Below, piece after piece: positions 41,405 through 51,500 of a stretch of 64,000 nt of DNA. The stretch comes from Candidatus Multivoradales bacterium (GTDB lineage: Bacteria; Acidobacteriota; Thermoanaerobaculia; Multivoradales; J023). How positions within the stretch are numbered: position 1 is the stretch's first letter; each line of letters starts with the position of its first letter. The stretch covers positions 1,312,001 to 1,376,000 of the forward strand of contig CBDFLE010000005.1 in NCBI GenBank assembly GCA_965248925.1, written 5' to 3'. The notes beneath the pieces are model-generated. The model did not search any database and had not been told where the DNA came from. It saw only the letters and a list, made by a program, of their open reading frames with translations. The translations under genes and the position numbers were made by a program.

Positions 41405-43457
41405 CCCAGCCTCCTGAAGGTTCAGCGCTGGCCGGACCGCCAAGTTCACGACTCTTGCTGAGCTGCTGAACCCAGGCCACCAGATCCGCCACCTCGCGGT
41501 CCGGCAAAGTCTCATGACCAGGCATCGAAGTGCCCAGCAGGCCGAATTTCACCAGCCGCGCCAAAGCCAGATCCGCAGAATCCGCGCCGGGCCCCCAAGA
41601 CACTGCCCAGAACTCCCCCTTGGTGAGATCCATGGCCGGACGAAAGACCGCCGCCGCCAGCGGTCCATGCCCCCGCCCATCGCTGCCGTGGCAGGCCGCG
41701 CAATAGCTCGCGAACAGCACCGCGCCGCGCTCGCCGCTACCGCCCCTGAAGCTCTCGGCCATCGGATGGGCTGCCACCTGCGCCGCCCAAATGATGAGCG
41801 GTGCCGCCCGCAAGCTCGTCAAATAGGCCACCAAATCACTACCCCGCCGGCCATCGCCAACGAATAGATGCCGGTAGGACGGCATTCTCGACGCTGGCTC
41901 CAGGGTTCGCGGATCGAGCAGATGGAGACGGTGCCAAGTGGCCGAGCGGCGCAAGCCTGCGTTGCTGAGATCGGGACCTTGGCGGCGATTGCCATACAAC
42001 GGGGGACGCTCATTGGCTCCGACTCGGTCCTCCCCGTTCGACCCCGGCAAGGGTCCCCACAACTCAGTGTCCCTGAGCAAGGGGCGGACGTATTGCGAGT
42101 GACAGCCGATGCACCCTTCGGCGATGTAGACCTGGCGACCGCCCGCCACCGCCGCGTCCAACCGCGCTTCAGCTGTCGGGTTTGGCTCCGACCCGCCACC
42201 GCCAAACATCCCCAGGGCGAGGAGGCCGCCAGTGAAAGTCAGGCCATGGCGGCGTAGCAGCCCGGCGAGCCGGCCACTGCCCAGCGCCCAAGCCAGCAGC
42301 AGCAACACAGCAGCGATCAGCACAAAACTCCGCGGAATCTGCTCGCGACCTTGTGCCATGGCAATTCCCAAGCCCGAACCCAACCAGCCCGCGACACCGA
42401 ACAACAACGCTGCGCGAAATCTCCCTGGCACCCGCCCGGGTGCTTCGCCGCCGGCCGAGGGGTAGACTACTAGCGCCACCGAGTAGAACGAGATTCCCAT
42501 CGCATACAACGAGCCCGATATCGCCGCCGCGACACCTCCGAGACTCAGCAAGCGAAAAGCTACCGCAAAGAGAGTGACGGCGCTGAGCAACAAGCCGTGG
42601 AAATTGCCGCGATCGATCCGCCAGCCAGCGATCAGCGCCGCTGCCAAATGGGTCCAACCGATAACTATCTTACCTTGCCCCGCCCAAGTCGCCCCTCGCA
42701 GCACCGGACTTTGCTGGATGATGGCAAATGCCGCTGAGTCGAGCCAAATCAGCGCCAAGAAGGCCAGCACCACAGCGGCAAAACCCAAGCCAGCGAAATC
42801 TCTAGTCATCAGCCCTGCTGGACGGCTTAGCGGCTCGCCGACCGGTGGCTGCGCGGTCTCTCCCCGTTCGAGAAAGGGAGTCGCCGCCAGGCCCGCCAGG
42901 CAAGCCAGCGACGCCGCTACACTCTGCTCCACCGGCGAACCTGCGAAGAGAAGCGGCACATTGCTCAGCAAATATGCCAGGCCGGTTCCCAGGCCAACTC
43001 CCAACCCCAGCCTGCGACCGCCGAGCAGAAATCGCAGACGATAAGCCAGCGAGACCGTGGCCAGTGCCGTCGAGGCACCGATCAGTACAGCGATGGCGAT
43101 CAAGGCGCTCACCGCCGTACATGTCGGTGCCAACAGCGCCGCCAGCGCGCCGCCGGCCAACCCAGCCCGCAGCAGACGCAGGGTCGGCACCTTGCCCAAG
43201 GCCCAGGCGGCACCGAGACTGGTCAACAAGCCCGCAAAGCCCATCGCCCCCATCGCTCGCTGAAGCCAGAGGACCGAGTTCAAGCGCAGTTCGAGCACCT
43301 GGAGGAAACCAAACTGAGCATAGAGCAAGAAGAAGATGTAGACCGCGGCGATCACCACCACGCCGGCAACCCAAGGCGCCAGGCCAACACTCGCAGGTGC
43401 TTCGAGGACTTTGCCCCTCGCCCCGTTGTCGCGGTCAGAATCTAGCGCAGGACTCAT
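41394..43457 (-). CDS. Multi-pass membrane domain fused to a CcoO-like cytochrome and a second c-type cytochrome
   Basis: About 12 hydrophobic helices; YIAEGCIGCHSQYVRP, RRQGPDL, WHRLHLLDPR, SRMPSY; YCAACHG...GTSMPG. Confidence 0.82.
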   Translation of the reverse strand: MSPALDSDRDNGARGKVLEAPASVGLAPWVAGVVVIAAVYIFFLLYAQFGFLQVLELRLNSVLWLQRAMGAMGFAGLLTSLGAAWALGKVPTLRLLRAGLAGGALAALLAPTCTAVSALIAIAVLIGASTALATVSLAYRLRFLLGGRRLGLGVGLGTGLAYLLSNVPLLFAGSPVEQSVAASLACLAGLAATPFLERGETAQPPVGEPLSRPAGLMTRDFAGLGFAAVVLAFLALIWLDSAAFAIIQQSPVLRGATWAGQGKIVIGWTHLAAALIAGWRIDRGNFHGLLLSAVTLFAVAFRLLSLGGVAAAISGSLYAMGISFYSVALVVYPSAGGEAPGRVPGRFRAALLFGVAGWLGSGLGIAMAQGREQIPRSFVLIAAVLLLLAWALGSGRLAGLLRRHGLTFTGGLLALGMFGGGGSEPNPTAEARLDAAVAGGRQVYIAEGCIGCHSQYVRPLLRDTELWGPLPGSNGEDRVGANERPPLYGNRRQGPDLSNAGLRRSATWHRLHLLDPRTLEPASRMPSYRHLFVGDGRRGSDLVAYLTSLRAAPLIIWAAQVAAHPMAESFRGGSGERGAVLFASYCAACHGSDGRGHGPLAAAVFRPAMDLTKGEFWAVSWGPGADSADLALARLVKFGLLGTSMPGHETLPDREVADLVAWVQQLSKSRELGGPASAEPSGGWDEG

Positions 43458-43460
43458 GCT

Positions 43461-43868
43461 CTACCGCTGCCGCCACAACTGCCGCAGCCACCCCAGCTGG
43501 GCGATCGCCAGCAGCCAATCCGTGGCCATCACGGTGATCCATGGCAGCGATAGGCCACCGCTCAGCAGGCTGCCGCCGATGAACAGCGCCACCGCCGTAC
43601 GCAGCAAAGCGGTGATCTCGAAAATTGTCCGCAAACGCCCCAGGCGATGACCGCGGTCGAGCAGAAAGGGCAACAGGTAGGCAGCGCCCACCGCAGCGAC
43701 AAACACCCCAACAAAGCGCAGGAAGACGGTGTCAGATGGCGGATCCGAGACACCGAACAACCCCACTGTCAACCTTGGAGCAACGATCAGGGCCAGGCCG
43801 GTACAGCCGTCCAGTAGGCCGACCGCCAAGCTGAAAGTCTCCACTTGTCGGGTGAGACTCAATTTCAT
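43461..43868 (-). CDS. Small 4-TM membrane protein
   Basis: Hydrophobic ORF; ATG overlaps the upstream TGA. Confidence 0.75.
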   Translation of the reverse strand: MKLSLTRQVETFSLAVGLLDGCTGLALIVAPRLTVGLFGVSDPPSDTVFLRFVGVFVAAVGAAYLLPFLLDRGHRLGRLRTIFEITALLRTAVALFIGGSLLSGGLSLPWITVMATDWLLAIAQLGWLRQLWRQR

Positions 43869-45190
43869 GCCACCACCTCCTCCGCTGGCGAGCGGGACCA
43901 CGCCGCCACCAGCCATTCAGCGGATGCGGCCAACATCGCCACCCCGCCCCCCAGGCGCAGCCCGTAGAGCAGATCGACAGCTCCCCGCCCGCCGAACAAG
44001 AAGTTGGGCCGGACCGCTTCGAGCGCTCCGAGGATGGTCAAAGAGAGCACCAATAGCAGAGTTCCTCCATGCCACAGCACAAAGGCCCGGCGATGCTGAA
44101 AGAGGCCCGCCAGGGGGGTCTCCCGGTGCATTCCTTCGAGCAGAAGGACAACAAAGCAAGTCAGCATCCCAGCCATCGCCAGATGGGCGTGAGCTACCAG
44201 AGCATTGGTGAATTTCAACCCTTCGAGCAGGCCGGGCAGAAAGGCGACCACCCCACTGACAATCAAGAAACCGCCCCAACCAGCAAAGGCAGAAAGCCAC
44301 CACCTGCCCCCGAGTAACGCCGGAAAGCAGCGCAGATGGCGGCGCAAAAGCGGCCACCACACCACCAGGCTGCACAGGCTAGCCACCTGTAGCCAATCAC
44401 GGTGGCTGTGATCGGCGTGATCGAGCAGCGCGAACCAAACCAGGTGCAGGCCCAACACCACGCCAATCCGCCGTGCACGCCGACCACCCTCGAGAGGCTT
44501 CAAACCAACCAGAAATGGATAAGCGAAGATAATCCCCACCAATGCCAACGAGCTGCCCAACAAGCTGGTTCCCGTGGGCCCGCCACTGATCGGATTGATC
44601 AGCGGGTAGACCGCCGGGCTGGCAACCCAGAACATCACTAGCGGCACCACTGACAGGGCGAGCAGCAGCAGCCCCTTGGCCAGCTTGCCAAGCGGGGACG
44701 ACCAGCCGGTTGCAGAACCTCCCCGGTTGGCTTTCAGCTGAGCGGCGAAACCCACCCACAGAGTCAAAGCCAGGCAGCCCAGAGCCACTGCCAGCAGCCC
44801 TCGCGCGGGGCCGCGCCATTCGAGGAAAATTTTCCCGCTGGACTGTCCAGCAAGCCAGGAAACGGCACCGAAGAGCAGGCTTCCGGACCACACCGAGACG
44901 GCCAGCAATGCCCCCCTGGAGCCGTCCCCGGGCGGCCGAAACAAGCGCAGCAGCACCCCCACCATCGGCAAGCTGACCCAGCCGTAGAGCTGCAAGTTGA
45001 AATGCACTGGCAACCATCGACCGTAAGTCAAAGCACCGGTCAAGCGCCCGAGTTGGGGAAACAGCAACAAGAGGGCGAGCCACACTCCGACCGCGTTGCC
45101 AACCACCAGCCAGGTCAGACTGTGCACCGTGACCTGCGAGGCGAGCGGCGAGTTACTCCCTCGGCGCGCCGCCGGGACGGCCGTACTCAT
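43865..45190 (-). CDS. Divergent CcoN-like (heme-copper oxidase subunit I fold) protein
   Basis: TYGRWLPVHFNLQLYGW (cf. FGRLRPLHTN) and FTNALVAHAHLAMAG (cf. HVH helix X); about 12 TM. Confidence 0.72.
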   Translation of the reverse strand: MSTAVPAARRGSNSPLASQVTVHSLTWLVVGNAVGVWLALLLLFPQLGRLTGALTYGRWLPVHFNLQLYGWVSLPMVGVLLRLFRPPGDGSRGALLAVSVWSGSLLFGAVSWLAGQSSGKIFLEWRGPARGLLAVALGCLALTLWVGFAAQLKANRGGSATGWSSPLGKLAKGLLLLALSVVPLVMFWVASPAVYPLINPISGGPTGTSLLGSSLALVGIIFAYPFLVGLKPLEGGRRARRIGVVLGLHLVWFALLDHADHSHRDWLQVASLCSLVVWWPLLRRHLRCFPALLGGRWWLSAFAGWGGFLIVSGVVAFLPGLLEGLKFTNALVAHAHLAMAGMLTCFVVLLLEGMHRETPLAGLFQHRRAFVLWHGGTLLLVLSLTILGALEAVRPNFLFGGRGAVDLLYGLRLGGGVAMLAASAEWLVAAWSRSPAEEVVA

Positions 45191-45206
45191 CCCTTCACAC
45201 CTTCCT

Positions 45207-46229
45207 CTAAGCCGCCGCCAGGCGCTCTTCCATTTCGCGACACTCGTTCTCCAGCACCTCTTGCAAGCGCTCCAGGGGCCGCCACAGGATGGCATCAGCC
45301 TGATTACTCAGGCCAGCAATGATCTCCCTGCCTTCGTCGAGCAACCGGTTGACCTGCGCAGCCGCCTGCCGGACCCCCAACGCCTGAGCCAGATTGGGTC
45401 GCCCGAGCAGCCGATCGCGACCGGTTGACTTGCCAGCTTCTTGGCCCGACATCATCTGGTCCTTGAGGTCATCGAGAGCCTGATAGCCCAGGCCCCAGGT
45501 CAGCGCCAAACCCTCCAAGCGAGCTAACTCGCCAGCATCGCAGCCAGCGACCAAGGCCGGCAGCACCAGGGTCAGACGCACCAGGGTCACCGTCTTGCCC
45601 TCCGCCACCTGGCGGGCTTCCACCGCACCGCCGCGAAAAAAAAGGTCTTTGGACTGACCATTCAAGATACCCGCCACACCGAGGCAATCATCCACCAGGC
45701 GCGCCGCCGTTTGTTGACACTCAGCCGGCAACGGACCCAGCACCCGCCACAGCAGGTCGTAAGCGCGGGTGATCAAGGCCAACGAGCCGAGGATCGCTGC
45801 CCCTTCGCCATACACCCGGTGCGGGCAAGGCCGGCCGCGCCGCTCGACCGCATCGTCCATCGCCGGTAGATCGTCGAGCAGCAATGATGCGGTATGAAAG
45901 TACTCGACCGCAATGGCCAGCTCGAGAGCCGGCTGAGCGGCTTCGCCGTGGGCCCGCATCAAGCCGTAAATCACCTGCGCCCGCAGCAAGCCACCCGGAT
46001 GGTCGAGGGTATCGACCAAAACCCCGCGCAAATGCTCTTCGGTACCTGCGCCAACCTGCAGCAGATCGCGAAAGCCCGCCTCGACAAAGCGCCGGGGCAG
46101 GGGATCGAGGACGTTCCGCGGTGACTTCTCCGCCTTCGGAAAGCGGCTCGGAGCCGACTTTGCACCGAGTCCGGGCAGCGGCCGGGGCCGGGGCCAGCGA
46201 TCCAAGTCGCGTACTTCGCTGAGCGACAT
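45207..46229 (-). CDS. Polyprenyl diphosphate synthase
   Basis: EYFHTASLLLDDLPAMDDAVERRG, GQSKDL, GKT, YQALDDLKD. Confidence 0.92.
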   Translation of the reverse strand: MSLSEVRDLDRWPRPRPLPGLGAKSAPSRFPKAEKSPRNVLDPLPRRFVEAGFRDLLQVGAGTEEHLRGVLVDTLDHPGGLLRAQVIYGLMRAHGEAAQPALELAIAVEYFHTASLLLDDLPAMDDAVERRGRPCPHRVYGEGAAILGSLALITRAYDLLWRVLGPLPAECQQTAARLVDDCLGVAGILNGQSKDLFFRGGAVEARQVAEGKTVTLVRLTLVLPALVAGCDAGELARLEGLALTWGLGYQALDDLKDQMMSGQEAGKSTGRDRLLGRPNLAQALGVRQAAAQVNRLLDEGREIIAGLSNQADAILWRPLERLQEVLENECREMEERLAAA

Positions 46230-46240
46230 CCTCTGGCCTC

Positions 46241-46807
46241 CTAGTGCAACGGGCCACGAGCTCTTACGCTGACTTCGACAACTTTGCCCACTCGCAGAAA
46301 GAGCAGGCTCGGATTTTTCATTCCCCACTCCACATAGGGAACAGAGAAAGTAGTCTCGGCATCGAAGGTCTCTCCATCGAGGGTGAACTTGGCTGCCATC
46401 GACAAAGGGTGCTCATCGCCATGGATAGAAATGGTGCCAAAAATCTCTACTTCGCCGCTACCATCCGCCGGCAGCGTACCCTCGAAACGGCTCGGCTCGA
46501 AGACGATCCAGGGAAACTTCTCGGTTTCGAAAACCTTTTTGTGCATCGTCGCATCGCGTTTCTCGTTACCGGTTCTCGCCGATTTCAGAGCGAGCTTCAA
46601 CATGCCGCTGGCCTTGCTGCTCTGCGAATCCAGTCGCAGCTCGCCTTCGCTGAGTTGCAGCTGCCCTTCGACATCGTGGCCGGTCGCCGGCACATGAAAA
46701 GAAACCTCGGTCGCATCCAAGTCGAAGGTGATTATGCGTTCGACAGCAAACATCGAAGGAGCCAGGCAGAGCAGTCCAAAGTAACAGGTTAAGAGGATTC
46801 GGATCAT
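46241..46807 (-). CDS. YceI-family polyisoprenoid-binding protein
   Basis: Signal peptide; TGNEKRDATM, KFPWIVF, GTISIHG. Confidence 0.85.
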   Translation of the reverse strand: MIRILLTCYFGLLCLAPSMFAVERIITFDLDATEVSFHVPATGHDVEGQLQLSEGELRLDSQSSKASGMLKLALKSARTGNEKRDATMHKKVFETEKFPWIVFEPSRFEGTLPADGSGEVEIFGTISIHGDEHPLSMAAKFTLDGETFDAETTFSVPYVEWGMKNPSLLFLRVGKVVEVSVRARGPLH

Positions 46808-48264
46808 TGTCGATTCTCCATGCTAGATGATTCGAGAACAGCGCCAGATAGGTTTTCTACCTCGGCACCGAAAGACTTTAGGATCGAGTGCAACTTTAAT
46901 TCCGTTTCGCGGTACTCACGCCGCGGGTCAGAACCACTGACGATGCCGGCGCCGGCAAACGCCCGCACTTCGCGTCCGTCGATCAGAGCACTGCGCAGGG
47001 CGACGGCGAATTCACCGTCGCCAGCGCCATCGAACCAGCCGATCGGCGCCGCATACCATCCCCGTGGGGCGGCCTCGTGATCGCGGATCCACTGCCGCGC
47101 GTACTCGGTTGGCACGCCAGCAACCGCCGGCGTCGGGTGCAGAGCAGCCACCAACCGCAGCACATGGGTCGGAGTGCTCAGCGAGCCGGCGACCGGCGTC
47201 ACCAAGTGCTGCAAGCCGCGCAGCACCTTTACCCCTGGCTCGGCAGCGATCATCAAACGCTCACAGAAAGGTGCCAGCTGCCGCTCGATGGCTTGGACCA
47301 CCAACCGGTGCTCGTGGCGCTCCTTGGCGCAGGCAGTGAGCCGGCGTGCGGCGGCGGCACCCAGCACCGCCGAACCGGCTAGCGCTTCGCTGACCACTCG
47401 CCGACCACGCTTGGCCACCAAGCGCTCGGGAGTGGCGCCGAGAAAACAAGCACCGCCGTGGCGACAAGCAAAGCGAAGAGTACCGGCGGCCGGCAACCGG
47501 CGGAGCACAGCGGTGGTATCGGGCGGTTGCTGGAAGGTCACTCGGGCACCGTGGGCAGCGACCACCTTCTCCACCTGCGAACTCGCTATCGCCTGCCCGA
47601 TAGCCGCCACCGCCGACTCGAAGCGAGCCCTCGGAGGCGGCTCCAGGAGTGGTGTTGCGACCCCTGGAGCCACCACCCTTGGCTCGGGCGAGTCCAGCAC
47701 TTCGAGCAATTCCAAGGTGGTGTCGACAAGCTGGCGATAACTTCCACTTGCCAGCTCCGCGCTGCGCACCGCGAGGGTCAAACTGGCCCCCTGCGCGGTG
47801 GCGCGGTACAGCAATCGGGGCAAGACAAAGAGGGCATCTCCGAATGGCCGCCAAGGCGCCAGATCCGCCGCTCCGGGGTCAAAAGAAAAGCCGCCGAACA
47901 AGCGCGGCTGATGGCCTTGCGCCGCTGCCGAGCAGTCCTCATGGCGATCACTGTGGAATTCGGAGATCAGGACCTCCGCCTGCCGCTGAATGCTCTCGAA
48001 GCGATCCTCGCCGACAGCACTCAGTCGGTGGGCCGAGCCAAGACCGGCCACAGCCACACCATCACCAGCATTCCAAAAAACACTAGCGGAGCGCGGAAAC
48101 AAGTCTAGCTAGCGTTCCGCCGCGGTCACCGGCGCCGGTATCGTCATCAGAGTGGTTCCACGACGGCCCACCGCCCGCTGCAGGCAGCGCAGCAAAAAAC
48201 GCCGAACCTCGGGATCTTGCTGGATCGCTGCTGGGGCCGCGGACAGGCTCGTCGCTGAGGGCAT
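46804..48264 (-). CDS. menF: Isochorismate synthase (MenF-like); in-frame TAG at 48109-48111 separates the N-terminal 51 aa
   Basis: EKVVAA, FLGATPERL, ALAGS, KERHEH, LHPTPAVAG, RGWYAAPIGW, AVALRSAL, AGAGIV; AAGGAG RBS before ATG 48264; catalytic part intact from TTG 48102. Confidence 0.82.
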
Positions 48265-48545
48265 CGGACTCCTTCGGAGCTGTACTCGGTGCGGCAACAA
48301 TGCCGACCGGATATCGCTAAGAGGGGGCGAGCAGGAAGATCCTTCGCGGTTTCTGAAGCGAAATCGAGATCAGAGAAAGGGAAAAGTTAGAAAGGCCCGC
48401 ACGGCAAGCGAGCGGCACCACCGTCGCTGCACCACCGTCGTTCAGTCCTACACCTCCGAACCTCAATCAACCAGCGAAATTCCAGGCCAGTTTCCGAGCC
48501 CCCAGTGGTGGGAAAGAGCGCCGCCGACGGAGCGCTAGCGCCACC

Positions 48546-51500
48546 TCAGTACCGCTTCCACAGTTTGATCCCAATCCCCTCGCGGGTCAGTCGGAAGAGC
48601 TTGCCGAGGGGCGCGCAGTACGGACTGTGGTGAGCTGGTTGATCATTGATGACGTCCACCGCCAGACGGCTGCGGGGCGAGGACTCACGGGTCAAGAGCA
48701 CTTTCAGCACGGCCCCGTACTCCGCCAGTCGGGGGTGCTCCGGTTCGATGTTGAATTGCAACTCAGCGGCATGCCGCTTCGACACCAACACCAACCGACT
48801 GCCATGGAAAACCAGATGGGTCGATGGTAAACGAGCTGGCAAATTGCCTTTGAGTGCTTCCAGGTCAACGCCGCACAACGACGCCGGATCATTGGCCGCC
48901 AGCCAGTAGATAACATCTTCGGGAAGGCCCTGGCGCAGCTCGCACAGTGCCCCTGGGGAGGCAAACTGCAACCCCGGTATGCCGTCAAAGAACTGCCCCG
49001 CCAACACTTCGCCGGACAACTCCATCAACCGCAGAGCGCGGAACACCCGTGACCAGCGCAACGCAGGTAGCTCACGAGCTAGCAGCTCGCGAAACACCAC
49101 CCCGTAGCGCTCGACCAGCCAGCGGGCACGATCCTTGGCCAGTTCTTCGCGCTCCAAGGCATCGAGGGGTTGGCTAGCGTTGGCTTCGAGCGCTCGCCAG
49201 CTATCGAGCCGCGGCCCGGTTGGGCGCCAACGATCAAGACCCCGGCGCCGCCCGCCGCGGCGAGCAGCGGCACGAGGCTCTTGCGCCGGCAGTTCGAAGC
49301 GCTGAGCGATTCCCTGGCGAACCGCCGCGAAGCTGCCACTGGTGACTCGGCCGCTCCAGGCCAAGCGCCACAACTCGGCAGCAGCCGCGGCGAGTTCGAG
49401 ACCAGCGCCGGCAGCAATCTCTGCCAACTCCAACCAACCACCACCCGGTGGCAACAGCTGAGCGCGGGCGGCGCTCTCGGCCACCGCCGACTCACCCTCT
49501 GCCGGTGGCTGGTGCAGGAGTTCCAAGTCGGAGGCGAGAACGAAGCTCAGCCGCCCCTTGCCCACCCCGGTCCACAGCAGCTGAGTCTCCCGCAGCAGGC
49601 TGTCGAGCCAAGCTTGATAGTAGGGTTCTAGCCGCGCCGGCAAGAAGTTGGATTCCCAGCTCTCGACCGGCGCCGGGTAGCCGAACAAGCGTTCCAAACT
49701 GTGCTGTAGGTCCTCCATCGCTGAGCCAGGCTCGGTGAGTCCTTGATGCCGAGCTAGCCACAGCGGCAGCTGCTCCAGACCCAGGGGCTCGAAGGCCGGC
49801 CGCGCCGCCAGCCGCAGCCAGCGAAGAAGAATCTCTAGGTTGTCGGCATCGCAGATCTCTACTGCCTCGACCCCCTGTTGCAACAAATCGACCACCAGCC
49901 GCTGGCCCTCGGCCAGTTCGGTGAGAACCCGCTCCAAAACGCTATCGTCAAAACCCCAGACCTGCCCGATTAGCCCCTGTGCCAGCGGCCCGTGAAAACG
50001 CAGCCACTCGCTCAGCACCAGCGCTAGCTCGGCTGCCGCTTCGGCGGCCGAGCGCCGCCCGATCAGCCGGTCAAGACGGCGCCGCGCTGGCTTCGGCGCG
50101 GCCTGCCTCGGATCGTCCACCCCTACCAGCTCGATCTGCTCGACCGTCAGCCCCAAGGCGTCGAGCAAATAGGGCAAGCGGTCGGTAGACACCACCACGG
50201 CTTCTTTCGCCCCCGGCAAGCACACTCCGAGAACTCGCTCGCCAAGCTCCTCGATCAGACCCGCCGGCTGCTCACCGTGGTCACTTTCCACCGCGGCGAG
50301 CAGCTCGCGCCACTCTTCTCGCGACAGCAGCAGGCGCTCATCGATCCAGTCGGCAAGGTCGTCGCCGGGACGGGGCGCATATCCCGCCAAGGTGCGCTGC
50401 ACCTTGCGCCGGAAGCGCTCCACCAGAGGGGCGGGCAACCGCGGCCGCAGCTGGGCCGAGAACACCAGTTCGCGCAATAGATCAGGGCGCACCCCGGTCC
50501 TCAGCTCTCCCCTCGGCGAGTCGTCCTCGTACATCAGGAAATTAGTCTCTTGCCATAACAAGTCAGCGGCAAAAGGCGATGGCACGGTGGTGCGCACATC
50601 GGCGATTTCTACTTCGCCGGCCGCCACCTCGGTGAGTCGTAGCTTCAAGGTTTCCAAGTCGAATTCGTCTTGCAGGCAGCTACGCCAAGTCTCGACCAGG
50701 ATGGGAAAGTCGCCGTAGCAGGCCACCCCATCGAGCAACTTCTTGGCCCGCTGACGAATCACCCACAGAGGCAGGCGCTGGCGGAAATTTTGCCGCGGCA
50801 GCAGCAGGGCAGTGGAAGCAGCAGCCCGGAAGCGGGCGCCAAAGAAGCCGGTGGCTTCGAGCCGCTGGCGTAGCAAACGCTCGATGCTCTCTGGCGGTAC
50901 CAGGGCGAATAGCTCCTCGGCACTGACCTGCCCCGGCAGGATCAGTAGCACGTTGTCGTCGCTGTGGTAGACCTCCAGATGATCGTCGTGGGCCTGGTCC
51001 CAGGCCGCGGCCAGGGCGGTGGCGAAGGGCCGGTTGACGGTGCCGCCCCAAAAGGTGTGGAGAATTACCCGCCGACGCCCGCCTTGAGCACCGTCCCAGC
51101 AATGCTCGACCAACAGCCGGCGACGATGCGGCAGTTTGCCGGTGGCCGCCTGCTGCTGCTGCAGAAACTCCACCAGCCGGTCGGCGGCGGCGGCCTCCAG
51201 ACAATGCCGGTCGATCAGCCGCTGGCGAAACTCGGGCCGGCCGAGGTGGTCATCGGCCTCTTGTAGCAGCCGCGCCACCTTCTCAGAGAGAAAAGCGCCA
51301 CGATCCTGAGCATCGGCCCGCCAAAAGGGGGCCAACGCCGCGCCACCATGCCCGGGCACCACCAGCACGTCGTTGTGGGTGATCTTGCGGATCCTCCACG
51401 CTTGGGTGCCGAGCACAAAGCTGTCGCCCACCGAACGCTCCCAAACAAACTCCTCATCCAGCTCGCCGAGCTTGGCCATCGACCGCTCTACTCGCAAGGT

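Noticed and set aside
41394-45190. Canonical ccoNOQP respiratory oxidase
   Set aside because: CuB ligands not evident, CcoO is fused to a large membrane domain, and no ccoGHIS is present
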